Below, piece after piece: positions 36,760 through 51,000 of a DNA stretch of 64,000 bases (within the stretch, counting starts at the first letter, position 1; each line of letters opens with the position of its first letter). The stretch is from assembly GCA_030141605.1 (NCBI GenBank), contig JAQGDQ010000014.1, positions 558,001-622,000 on the forward strand, in the 5' to 3' direction. Made by a program: the position numbers and the translations under genes. The notes under the pieces are model-generated. The model had not been told where the DNA came from, searched no databases, and saw only the letters and a program-made list of their open reading frames with translations. This DNA comes from Tubiluchus corallicola. Taxonomy: Eukaryota > Animalia > Priapulida.

Positions 36760-39700
36760 CTACAACAGCAAAATTAACAGTTTACGAAAATCCATTACTT
36801 TAATTTAAATTATCAGTCTCTTACTCAATTCACATAAGATAATATAAGGTAAGGTAGGGTAAGGTAAGGTAAGATAAGATAAGGCAAGGCAAGACAAGGT
36901 AAGGCAAGGCAATACAATGCAATGCAATGTAAGGCAAGACAAGTCAAGTCAAGTCAAGTTAAGACAAGACAAAACATAGCAAGACAGGACAAGACAAGAT
37001 AAGACAAGACAAGCCAAGACAAGACAAGATAAGATAAAATTTATTCAAGTCGATCATTTTTATACACAAGATGAGCTGTTAGCTTTTTATCGACATAAAT
37101 ATTTGTGTAAAAAATGTTGGTTGCCCAAAAAGGCAAAAGCGCTATAATGGAAAGTTGATACACGTCAAACGGGGCAGTGAATTGAGTGATGAATTTTGCA
37201 TAAAAATGGCGTAAAGCAAGGTGGAGTCATTTCGCCTGTTTTTATTTGCACTGTATACTGATGGCTTATTTGACAGACTTAAAGAAGTGACGTAGATTAT
37301 CATATTGGAAATTATTATACAGGTTGTTTGGGTATATTTTGTCTCACTCTTTTAGTCCCTTCTTTGAAAAGGTTGCAGCTCATGGTTGAAATATATGAAA
37401 AATATGCTACTGAGCACGATGTTGTACTTAACGGTGAAAAAAGTGAGTTTATGACCTTTACTGGCCGCAGTTGTGTTACCATGAAACGCCAATTTTTTGT
37501 AAACCGCGTTTTCTAACAAACATTGGCGGTGTTGTACATTTAGGTCATCATTTAAGTATAGCTGCTGATGATAGTATGGTTTCTTTTACTATAGCCAAAT
37601 TTTGGGCAAGTTTTAATATTCTTAAAGCTGATTTTTCCCAAATTCATCCTGACTTACAATATAAATTGTTTAAACAATACTGTTGTAGTTTTTATGGAAC
37701 CTGCCTAGTCACTGTGTTGCTAAATTATGTGCTGCATAGAGAAATGCTTTTCGAATGATGTGGCGCTTATCTCCTGGAACATATTGTAATATCATTACTC
37801 TTCTTTCTGATTGCTTCCTTCAGAAATCATTTATAAATTAAAATTCGGCAAATTTACAAGCAGTGTTTTAAATCATCATGTGCCAGTGATTAGTCACGTG
37901 GCTCACACTGCTATTTGTAACCTGTTCTCGTCTTTTTGCACAATGTTACTGAAAACTTGTGCTAAGACAGAATTGTGGCTCATAATTTGAAGTCTCTACG
38001 TAATGATATTTTTAATAATTACTACAAGAACATTCCTGTTGATATTAAAAGCAAAGCTAGCGTATGGCTTGTGGCAGCAAATGGCTTATGGATACGTGAT
38101 TTCAATACTCATACTAATCGGTTTCATTTACCATATCGATTCTAGCTGCTTACCTTGTAGACTCAGACGGAATATGACATACATTGCTAATGTCTATGTC
38201 TATGGCGGGTGATCATGGCTAAGACATTTCTGCCAATTCAATGTCTCTGTAAGAGGATTGTCTCTCTATTAAAGGATAATCCTTAACAATTAGCCAGATT
38301 CCAGTCTCGTTACAAGCAACCATATTGAGCAGGCCCTTTCGATGAAAGCTATTTTCTGGTTTGCAGGGTATTAATAAGTGTATTATAAAAGTTCTTTATG
38401 TTAGTGTAAGTTCTTTGTTCTTTGTTTTCTTCATGCTATAAATTACTTCTTTATGTCTTGATTTTCTGGATACGCCTAATCAAGATAAATTGATTTTTCT
38501 AATTGGAACCAATGATGTCGATATTTTAAATATAGTGTGTAACTATGTAAGATATTGGCTTACGAATAAATCATGAATTTTATTGTTGATGACTAAAGAG
38601 ATACTGCACCAATAATTTAAATGTTTATATTGTTTTTACTTGTATGGGTATTATATCAATGCCGTCCTACGTTTGTAAATGTGCAACTATTTTTGTTTTT
38701 TATTAATGGTTTACCTGCACGTTTGTGGGCGTGTGTGTATGTAAATTATTTTAAACAATTTGTAACAATATTTGTATATGCATTCTGTTACCCAATAAAT
38801 ATCTCAAATAAAAAGCTTGACTTATTGCACTTAAATAATTTACAAAATTTAAGCGGGAGTCAGAAGTACTAAAATATCCTGTATCCTCTGCCTTGCACGT
38901 ACCTTCTGCGAAGGATTTCTTGTCAGCAATTTTCGCAGGTCGTCCGCTGTCGGAGCGACATTGTGCTCGGAATCCGACTCTGTCCTCGAAGGATTCCAAC
39001 CGCCTACGCTTACAGCCCGATTTCGGAACGATCGACGGCGCAAAGAAGTTGCCCTTCTTTGGTCCCTGGGTGCCATGCTCTGGCGGCGGGATGGAGTGAA
39101 GGGGGAGAGGGTGTTGGCATCCAGGAAGACTGATGATCGGCGGCTGATCATGTAGTCGGCTTGGATGGAGTTTCTTGGCAGAACCACCAGCATGGCTTCA
39201 TCATCAACGGCTTCTGGCAAGGCAATGCTATAAGAAGATACAGGGGCGAGTTGTCAGACCAAGAATACAAATGCAACTGTTCAAACACAAAAATCAATAA
39301 TTTTGTTCAGTGACAATTAAAATTACGTTATATATTGTCCACATTGCCTGGTTAAAGAAACGCACCAAAACCTTATATTAATTTTGGACAGAAGAACTTT
39401 CTTTAAATAATGTGTTTTATTATGTCTTTAAAGACAAATATGTGCTCCCTTCTGCTGACCTGCAGTGCACTGGACTTTACGGTGTTTTACTGTACTGTGC
39501 TGTACGGTACTGTACGGTACGGTACGGTACGGTACTGTACTGTACGGTACGGTACGGTACTGTCCTGCACTGCACTGTACTGTACTGCACCGTATTGTAC
39601 TGTACTGTACTGTACTGTGTTGTTATGTTGTGCTTTATTGTTCTTAATTTGGAATTTAACAATTTTTATGTGTTATATGTATCTTGGAACACTAGAGAGA

Positions 39701-41964
39701 GTTCTATTTTACCGAAACTGTGCCTACTTTTCTCTTTTTAAAATCTGTAAAATACAATGCGATCTACAGCCAGATCTGTGCTTTCTTGTGCTGACCTGTA
39801 TTGTACTGCATGGTATGGTACTGTACTGTACCGTTTTGTACTGTACCGTCCGCAACGTACCGTAATGCACCGCACTGCACTGCACTGCAACTATATTCGG
39901 CTGTCACATTTGTTTACCCTGGCATATTTAGAATCAGTAATCAACTTTTCAGACTCTGTAAGTGGTGCATATTGACTGACTCGTTGAAGCGAAATGTGTC
40001 AATACAAAACTCTTAACAGCAAATTAATCTTGGGAATCTAATCTAAGCTATCAAGCCTACACGGCTGTAGCTGGGCACCAAATCTGTGATCAAAAGTGAG
40101 TGAAATAAAAGATCACAAATATAATACCTTGAAGATTCTAAAGAAGTTTGGGTTTTTTCGTATTCTTCGGCTACCTTTGATCCATTCAGATGTGCAAAGT
40201 GTTGCCTGGAATAATAACATTATCCTTGAATCATACTTTATAATGCACATGTACAGACAAATAGACGTGAAGTACTGTTTTTGACAATTTTAATTTTTAT
40301 AATTTGTAAACCATGTTTTGTCGAACACTTTATTTGATTTACAAATGAACAGCGACAGCAATTGTCTCAAAAAAACAAATGCAACAAACTCTACCTGTAA
40401 TTTTAAAATGATTAATTTAGACGAACTGTTCCGTGATTGTACTAGCAATTCATATTGTCTTTTTCAGTCAACATAGTCGATATTTTGCTAGCTTAGCAAT
40501 CTTTTGGTTAAGGCAGCTAGACAATTATTTGATTAACGGAATTAAATTAACTGTAACAAAAAATTATTGAAGGAAAAAGACGAACCAGATGCAGTACACA
40601 AGGTGCAGAGAAATGATGCTTCGTTAGCGGTTTGTCTTTCAACAAAAGTTGATGACGTGAATGCTAATTATCATGATTACTAAACATTAGTCAGGATCAT
40701 TTTTACGTCTAACAAAGATCGTGTGTCGTGGTTAATCTGCTGACTTTTGTTAGTCAACTGTCTTTTCTCGCTTATTTTTCATTTCTCATTTTTGTTCTAA
40801 AAATCGTTTTCACACATTTTAGCGTTTTGTAAATCTTTTAGTAAATGCTTTAACATGTAATTAAGAATAAAAACAATAGCTTTCGCTCTTCATAAAATTA
40901 TGCCTATCTATTGAAGTTATGCTAAACCGAAGACGATTTAAAAGTGGCTAGAAATTTTCCTGACAATTTTTCTGGCCATCGCCAGCGCCACCTCTTCTTG
41001 ATCATTATATGATCGCACGTGTTTTAACAATGCACAAGTTTTTGTTAAATTTTTAGCCACTGTTGGGCGTTTTTAGAACATAATAACTTTTGAAATAGCA
41101 ACATCATCGCTACTGCGGTTCTTGAAATTAAATGGCGATACAGAAAATTAAACGGTTATTAATTGATGGTGCACTCAAACACTGTAAACGCCAAATAGGA
41201 AAAGGCCCTTGGTGAGATGGATTGATGGAATCGCCATTCAGGATTTTTGATCGATACCATTTTGCTGGCTGGTAATAGTTCACTTTTGCTTTAGGTGAAA
41301 TCCAATTTTGGAATTATTTCCTATAGACAGGTTTGCGTTCTTTCTGCACATTTTTGTACAGCTGCTAAAACATGAATCACATCTAATACTTCATTGGTGG
41401 CTCAGAAGTCGTTTTACACATATTGCTTGTTGTCACGATGTTAATTCTTGAGTTTAAGAAGTTAGATTAAAATGTTTAATTGGATTTTTGAATGGCATCT
41501 CAATTACAAGTTCTCAGGGGATATTTTTAATTCGTGTTCTTTTTTGCTATTGCAAAAGTATTCATCTAAGAGAAGCCTGCCTAGATCTGAGTGAAATGCT
41601 CACGTGAAAGTTAATTATTAGTACAACGAATCACTCCAGTAAATGGTAAATACTGACATTCCCCGCCATATGACGTTATTTTCAGCAAGTTGTTACGAGT
41701 CACCAACAACACGCCTGAACCCTTCCAAAAATCGGCTGGGAAAGCAAAAAAAAAACAACTTAGATAGCAAAGATAAAAAATGTTATAAACAAATAAAGAT
41801 AAATAGATGTTATACATAAATAAGATAATAAGTAAAGATGGCAAAAACGTCAACCAAATCAAGCTTTAGGTGCGGAAGAACGTATGCTGTTATCTGCAGA
41901 TCAGAGTGGGTAAAATACTCGAATCAATGGAAATGCCTCAATGACTACAACAGATGAATGAGAC

Positions 41965-42033
<69 letters not shown>

Positions 42034-45000
42034 AACGAAGCACGCCCATTAAATGGATCTGCCGATTGTTAAATTGTTGTGGATTCTTTCATTTTAAAGT
42101 ATAAATACCCCAAGAATGCGTATTCCAATTTTTTACGGAAAAACGGTAGAAGTTTCTGATCTGTTGTTTGTAGAAACCATAATGGAAACTCGTAGCTCTG
42201 CAAAAAATGAGCAAGTAGGATGTGCCGGATCTAAGCGCCTTAGTGCTTCCATTCTTGTTTATTCAACTATAACCCATAAACCATAAAAATGCGATACAAA
42301 AATTAAAGCACAAAGCGACTGAAGTGGCACCTTAAAGCATCCTACAATATGGATACCCTAATATTTGATTTTGAGAAATAGTAAAATTAGTGCAGCCTGT
42401 GTCATCACGCTTTTTAGTTGTCGTTACTAAAAGTAGATTTAAGACACAATACATTATAACCAATAAATGATAAAACTGAACAAATGTGAATCCAATAACT
42501 TACTTCAAAGCGATTTTATCGTATATTGCCATGATATGAGCATTCTTGGTACCGGGCTCTCTCTGTAACCAAGGTTTTAGATATTTATGGTCATAGTAAG
42601 CTAAGATCTCCTACAAAAGAAGAAATAAATTTTTACCTTAGCGCGCGCGAGTGCTGAAATGCAGCTTCAGGTACATCCCCTTAATCAAAAATAAAAAATA
42701 ATCTAATAAGCCTTTTCACAGTTCCTGCTCCTGATGATGGTCATGAAAACATCAAAGGCTAAGTGAACCAGACAATGCAATTATGTACACGCTTGACAGC
42801 GCCTCGCAGCCGACGCTATTGCAATATTAACTGTTTTAATAGCTAGCTAGAACCTTACCCAGTTCATTTTTTTTCATAAATAAATTAAGTTAACGTAAAA
42901 CAACTGAAGTTACTGAACTGATGCAGCAGACGGCTTTGCTTTACCCTGATGTCACCTGACGGCTGTGTGGTAAAGATGTGTTGCTGGGGTTCACTTAACG
43001 TTTGACCTACAACAAATGCGCGTGCGCACAACGAAACTGTGAAAAAGCTTATTAGTAAGAGTGACGCTAATGTACCGATCTAACATTGGAAATGCTAAAT
43101 TTGGTTGGCCATGTGTATGTGATGAATTTGGACTACCTTGAGCACAGAGGTTGAGCCTTGAGCCTAATGGTTTAAGGCCTCTGCAACGTGAACGAAATGT
43201 CCTTGGTTTAAATCTCGGTCACTTTTTTGCCCTTCCTGTCATTCAAATTTTATCAAAATTTACTTAATTGTGCATTATCAAGTATAACCCTAGTTACCCA
43301 TCACAGTTTTAAATCATATAGTTTAAGGTTGCAAGTTTTTAATTCAGAAAATAATTTTTTTACATTCTATTGTGCTTTCAGTTGTGCACTTGTAGAACTA
43401 TTTCAACTTCGTGATGACGTAAATTTTAAGAACTTTTTAGTCTCATTTCTGTATATAGTAATTTCACTATTGCCCAAGTCCATGCAATACATAGCGTTAG
43501 ATCACAGACTGGGGTATCTCAGCTAAGAATTACATTAATAAAAGTCATCTTAAACGATCTATGGCTTGGTTTTTATTTATTTATTCATTTTACCAATGTC
43601 TTGGCTTTCTTATTAAAACAGGTGACAAATAACTTACCTCAACACAGTTTAGCTAACGCAAGAGGATATCTTTGTAAACCAAGAAAACGAACAAGCTAAA
43701 GCCTCTATGTTGATTTGTTAAGTCAATATATCTAGGCCAACAATTTGTGCACAAAATAGCAACTAACAATGAAATCGGGATCTTCATAAAGGAATCCAGC
43801 AAACATTATGCCACCAGTTTGCTTATTTAAGTTACAAAGACATCAATTCTTGCATCCAGCTTTAAAGCACGTGTTGGCAGAGACCATTTTAAATGTCAGT
43901 GACCTTAAATGACCTTGGCATATCATTTTTCTGTTAGGTCATATGCATGCTTATATCAGCTGCTAATACCTCTAGTTGAGTTGTTTTGATTTTAAAGTAG
44001 CGTTGGCGGCATAAAGCCCCATAACTATTTTCCCCAAAGTGGATTTTAAATATGTTATTCTGGACGACTTTCTCGATGTCGATGCAGAAATTCAACTTTA
44101 CCCTATTTTTGGCCGGATCATACATTTTTTGGGCTAATTTGGCTGGACTTGTTTGTCACCTGTGAAAACTCCAGCATGAAAATCAAGATTTTAGCAAAAA
44201 AAAAATAACGAACTAAACCAGGAATCGTGATGCTAGCTTTACATCAGCTCAAAGTTTGACTTTTAAACAGAACTATTTTCTTACATGAATGAAGAAGCTC
44301 CCCCTTTGACCTGATATCTCTTCTACTCCAGCCATGATGTGGTCTGCTAGCTAAAAATGCCAACAAAAAATCAATCCACACGAAGCCACAAGGGTGTGGC
44401 GCAAAATCCGTATTTTTACAGGAAAATGAAAGAAAGAGCTGTTTTTAAGATTTAGTCTAATCTCTTCTCTATCAATTCTGTTTGGTGTAATGCTTAGCAT
44501 AGCTGCCAGTAAAGTAGAAGATTCTGGGTTCGTATCCCAGTGGAGGTACAAGTTTGTATCCCAGAATGCTTACAGGAAAATGAAAGAAAGAGCTGTTTTA
44601 AAATTTAGTTTAATCTCTTCTCTATCAGCTTTGCTTAGCATAGCCGTCAGTAAATCAGAGTTCTGGGTTCATATACTAGTGTTGGTGAATGATTTTGTCA
44701 CACTTTCTCTAATTTGATGTTGGTTTAATGCAGTTGTACGTGACAAACCAATCTTACTGTGCTGTTTAACTCTTCTATCATACTCAATATCTTGGCACTC
44801 TTCACACGAATCCTGAGCAATTTCGTAATTGGTCTGATTGACATACCCTGCAACGGTAAAACGAATTTCATCGTATTCTTTGATTGATTATAGTTGTTAA
44901 TCGCAGACAGTTACTACAATCGATCATTGTAAGCGGAATGAGTTAAAATTTTGAAATCAGATTCAGTCCCGGCATCAGAAATACCTTAAAATTCACTTAA

Positions 45001-48000
45001 GCCATCAACTGAATGAATAGGAATGACTATGGCTGAGTGTTTCAATAGGGCAAATGGTGTTAGCTATTACATGTATTACATGAAGAGGTTCTTTGCAGCA
45101 CAAAAAATTAGCAAAGTTTTGAAGAAAACAAACATCTTTTCGTGCACTGTAATTAACAATAAAAGTTTTTTAACACATTTACAAAAATCTAGCTTTTTTA
45201 ACTAGAAGAAAATCATTCACAACACGGCAGTTGGCAGACTTTAAAAGTAATTAGGCATGCAGACTATAAGAAAACAGATTGATTCCCCTTCATTTGGGTC
45301 AGAATAGGGAAACGAATTTTAAAAGAGTAAATTTAAATAAAAGCTGTGTAAAATTGTCTCCATTCTAATTGGGCTACTTACTTGCGTAATAACTCTATAA
45401 AAAGATCTATTTCGCTGCGTTGCCAGTCTCACTCAGACATTAAGTTTCAGGCTAGTTTTTGCATTGTGATGTACCCCGTAGTTTACTTTTTTACGCAAAA
45501 AATGGATCCATGGCAACGGTAAATGGAGTTCTAATAGAAAGACAGGGACCTGACGGTAGTGCTTCTTATGAAAGTGATGGCCATGCTTTCAAGTGAAAGT
45601 CCGTCAGCTGGGAAGGCCAAAGGGATGCTTGATTGGCCACTGCAAAATGGCCCTTCTGGTTCGTTGACGTTTCCAGATCTGTGTATTCTTCGTAATCAGG
45701 ATTAGTGTTTTAATGGAAGATTTTCACTCTTGCCCAACCATTACCATACACTTAAATCGAAAATGGAGTCCACAACCTACTGCCACTGTCGAAATTTTTT
45801 GCTGGATTAACTGCAATATTTACTTATCACGGAGGAACATTTCTTTTGTAATAGAATTCCGCCTGCCGGTGTCTGTAACCGGCTTAATGGACGTATGATG
45901 ATATGATTTTATATTAAGGAACATGATTATAATGATGCTTTTACCCTTAAATACTTCCACTTTGAAATAATTACTTTTAATTACTGAGGTGAATTCAGTA
46001 CTTATATATTCGACTTTTTTAAAAAATTCCAAAATTAACCGTTGTTCATGTTCATATATTAAAATTGAATTTATTCATACTGAACAACTCGAAATTTTGT
46101 GAACTTGATTGAGAGCTATTTTGAAAATTTTTTAAATAAAAACTTTGTCGACAATTCGAAATGCCTCATTACCTGCACAAAAATGGTAAACAATATCACA
46201 GCTAGAGTCGTGGTGTTGAATAGATCTCTGTGTTCTATTGTGGCTGGATTTAACATGGCGGCTAAAGAGAAACACACAGCGCCTCGCAGACCTCCGTAAC
46301 CCTAAATGAGGAAAACACAATCACTGACAGCACGAAAAAACGCGCACGAATACCACTTCTTCTTGTGTCACGTCTTCACTGTTGTTCAGGAAAGCAGGAA
46401 ACTGTACCACATCAGAAGACTATTTTGGTATGATAACGAATTTAATTTCTTCAAATGCAATACATTTCCATGTGAATTTTATTTTCTATAAGATAATGGT
46501 TCTGGGAAAAAATTTCTGGGAAATGGAAACCCTGAGAAAAATCGTTTCTGGGAATTTTTTTCTGGGAGCAAAAAAATTTCTGTGAAAAAGCTTTTCTGAG
46601 AAGCGAGTCTACCTCTTATTCCTGTTACAAATTACGTATGTGATAAAAGATGAATAAAAGCCGCCTGAGTAATAAGACATCGAAATAGTATCTACAGTGT
46701 GCAATGGGAGCCATAAAAATTGGTTTTAGTAATATTATTACTTAATTACGTGGCTGTTGTCTAACCATGTATCTGGATAGGCCTGCATAGGCATGCAGTT
46801 ACAATAAACAGCACATTGTATGCCGTGAATAGCTGCTCACCTAGACCACGCCTAGACAAAGTGCTTGTGCAGAAAATAAATCCAGACTTTATGTAAAAAT
46901 AATTACTATAACTAAAGTCCTTTAAAGTATTTCTCCAGGCATAAGTCCAGAGTAGTGATCAGCTTTAAAATCATGTGAACGAAGCATTAAATTTTCTTAG
47001 ATTATTTGATTAATAAATCTTGTCTTTTCTGACAATTTTCTCAATTAAAGATGTCGCACTTACCATTATAAACATTTCACATTTAGAGATTTTTCGATTT
47101 CGATCTATGTAATTTGCAAAACTTGTCAATATAAACACACCTGTGGAATAATATAATTAAGAAAGTTGCATTATTTAGGAGTTTTTCAGAAACTTGCCAT
47201 TTCAATACACGTTTGTGAATTAATTAAATTAATTAGTCACAATTCAACAATGGATCTTTTATCATCTTAAATATGACAATCCAGAATTAATAAATTAGCA
47301 GTTGATGTTATAAACAATTTATGAACAACTTGGCAGCTAACTACAGGAAAAACCACCGTAAAAAGCTGTAATCCGAGACCTAACAATACTGTGAGAGTCT
47401 AACGGCAAGATTTTGGGTTTACCGTTTAATGACCACAACCATTTCCTGTGGGTGACAAACCTTAATTTTTGGTATGTGACCTATCAGTAGCGTGATTTTT
47501 CAACATTCATCGGCTTTTGTAGTTGTTGGACAAATAGCGTGTTCCATTTAGATGACGATTATTTTGATGATGATAACAACAGTGACAGTATTTATTTAAT
47601 ACAGGAAGAGGTTTAAGAAAGCAAACAGATTTGTCATCTACATACTAAAAAACCTTGTAACAAGGCAAAGAATTAGAGTCCAGACAACAAATCCAGTATT
47701 CCAGACATGATGATCATGGACAATATTTAGACCAAGGAACATGAAGATAACGGCCTCACACGTCGCACTGAAATCAAAAAGATAACATTATTAACACCAG
47801 GACTTAAAATACAAGAGGCCTCTTTTAAAATAAAAAACGTAACGCCCTTTATAGTCTGTATAATTATATATTATTTCAGAATTTTTCACCCTAGCGGATA
47901 TCATCAGCTGAAGATTACAAAACAAATGTTAAAACAGTATGTACCAGTGTAAAAGAAGAACATTAAAAACAAAAATAGGAGTTAAACATCATTGATTGGA

Positions 48001-51000
48001 AATATAATCAGTTAGAAGAAGAAGAAAAACACAGAACTATACAATTGGTCTGGTAAAAATAAAAATTAATTAGTTAAAGAAAGTAAAAAGAATAAATTAA
48101 CATACCTGAATAGAAGAATGTTAATTTATTCTTACCGCTATTCAGATATGTTAATTTGTTCTTTTTACTTTCTTTAACTAATTGATCTTATTATCCATAT
48201 TTGGCAATTAAACGTAACTATATCGCAATGTTTTGAACAAAATTGCTTATTACCAAGGCATCTAAAACAAAGAAATTTGCCAGAATTTAGAAGAAAAAAC
48301 ATCGAAATACAGTTCAGTAGTTTGATAGTTAATACGTCATTTGTCAATACCGTAACCATTACACATAAAACGTATGTTCCAAGTTAAAGTGCAGAGATGA
48401 AGTGCATTTGAACTTGTACACCAACAGTGCACTGTGGTTTGTGGAATTCAGTAATAACATTACAGCTCCCTAATACTGACAGTTCTGCTACATCTATCAT
48501 AATGGGTTTGTTTGTTTGTGGAGTGTTACATAGTTTCGAATCAAGATAATTATGTAAGGTAAATTGTTAAACTATCTATATAATTTTATATCGTATATCT
48601 TTTCGCTATCAAACTACTGAATTGTGTTTCGAGGTTCTTTCTAAATTCTGCTAAATTTCTTTGTTTTAGATGCCTTGATAATGAACAGTTTTGTTCGAAA
48701 CCGGTCGGCAACAAATTACATTGATGTAATTAATATTATTCTGGCAAGACCAATTATATAGTTCTGTTTTCCTTCGTATGCAGTCATTTTTGGTCTTTCT
48801 CTAAACTTGTTATTTTTCAAATCAATGATGTTTAGCTACTATTTTTGTTTTTAATGTTATTCTTTCACACTGGTACATGCTGTTTCAACATTTGTTCCGT
48901 AATTTTCAGCTGATGATGCCAGCTACGGTGAAAGCTTCTGAAATAATATATAATCACTGAGACTATAAACTAGTATAAAGGGCAATACATTTTTTGTTAT
49001 CAACATCATTTTATTTCGAGCAAAATTAATATTAAGTTGTTTTAGCAATAATATAGATTCAATAAACACCACACTTAACTGTTTTGTTAAAATATGAAAA
49101 CAAGCACGAGGCGAAATCACTAACAGTAAAATATGCTGACCTGAGCATTTTGCCGAAGTACTTGATAGTGGTGTGAGACTTGAATGAGATATTAGCTTCG
49201 ACATACTGCACCTGAACCAAGCCACATGTTATAATACTACAAAGAAAGTAAATTATATTGAAGCTTAAATGCCTGCTGATGCTAATTACTCATGAGTCAT
49301 TTCCTTTCTTAGTTAATTAGTGAGAAATGCTGCATTCAAAGCAACGAAAAAGGCCTATAGTTATTCATCTAGCATTAATACGCATTTGGGGTATTTGATC
49401 GGTAAGAAGAAAGACACACAGGCACAAACGCGAGCGCGCACGCGTATGAATTGAAAAACGAATATTAATAAACATTCCACATAAAAAAATAAAAAAATAT
49501 GTGATTTAGGATTTGGGAATTGCAAATGTGATTGTTATCATGAAACAACATAACAAAGAAAAATCCGTTACAGCATCTGACAGAGGCCTAGATTTGCTAA
49601 AAGGCAGATTGTTGAAGCTTTAACATTTGCAAGTTTTGACATTTATTAAATGACGACTGTTGCATATCCACACAGTAACACCACAGCAATGATCACAAAG
49701 TCATTGACACAATTGAATTTAATCATTGACAACGTTTTTCCTTTCTTATTTTTGCCTTTCACAACATTGGTCCTCGCTCTTGATGGCTCTTTGTGAATTT
49801 ACTGATATTTGGTTATCAATACATAAACTGTTATCATCGCTGCTGTTGCTATTTTTAACATCATCGTTGCTGTTATGCTGTTATGACATGCATTGAGCAC
49901 GAACCCATAGTTTATTAACAGGCTCTATTGAAAACGTGTGGGTAGCCTTGGTTAACTCTGATTAACTATGAATGAGTTTTCAAGATTCTGAAGCTCAGCA
50001 ATTCGGTTCTTTTCGCCTTTCAAATGGAAGTACCCTGACAGATAATCATCAATTACATTTCCATTTTTTATTATTGTCCTTGCCATTGTCATTGTCTTTG
50101 TTATTACTACCCCTGCTGCTTGTTGTCTCCGTCATTATCATAACATTGTTGTTATTCTTGTTGCCGTTATTGTAGCAGGTCCCGTTGTCGTTGTCATTGC
50201 CTTTGTTGTTACTGTTACTATTGTTTCCTTTACGATTACATTGTAGTCAATGCTGTTGCTGCTGCTTGAAGAATACTGATGCAGGGTATTAACTTCATGA
50301 TGAACCATGCATTACAGTTAAGGTCAAGCTATGCCAGATCTGCTTTCTATGCCTCGTTGACTCAATAACTGAAAAGCAATTACCCAAATTGGCTTCCCCT
50401 AGATTCTAAAACTGTGTATACATAGCTGAACGCACGAGCCGGTGTATTTGTTTTATGACAAAGATTCTTCGACAAACGAAATTTGCCCTAATGAGAAGGA
50501 AGCTGGCCTTACTCAACAGCATCTTTAATTTGCAATCGGTGCGGTGACTGACTTAATGAAGATAAATCCAGCACGCGATGAATCGATCAGAACACGGAGC
50601 TGCAAGCATTAGCGCCTAGAAAGTACTCCAGGCTTCCCTAGGCAGTGATGTTCAAACAGCTTGGTATTTATTGACCGGCTTTTTTCTCTAGGCGGCGAAA
50701 GCGGAGGATTATCACATCAACACCCCCTTCTATTTAACTGTTTAGGTAAACAAATCTTAATTAATATTATTAGTAAGCACAACATTAATTTCACTGTCCT
50801 TTACCTGTCTCATAACTATTGTCAGTCGCTGTCCTTGCCTCAACCATAACTATGGTCAGCTGCTGTACAATACCTACTGTGCTATAATTTTATGTTAACA
50901 CTTTATGTTAACATGTTAATTTGTCCACTGTTTGACAGAACAGAAATTTAGTGTAGAATAACCTGCTGCACACCTTGTCTTGCGTGCTCCAGGAAAGAGC

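Larger units (their letters stand above)
47832..48995. mobile_element. Long inverted Penelope-like pLTR pair, each arm with two hammerhead motifs, in an NHE intron
   Basis: 47832-48328 is the reverse complement (imperfect, with an insertion) of 48606-48995. Confidence 0.7.

Noticed and set aside
41693-41735. Strong-looking minus-strand acceptor in an NHE intron giving RFLEGFRRVVGDS-stop
   Set aside because: No phase-compatible donor and no NHE similarity; the 42504 to 40205 splice already gives a continuous protein.
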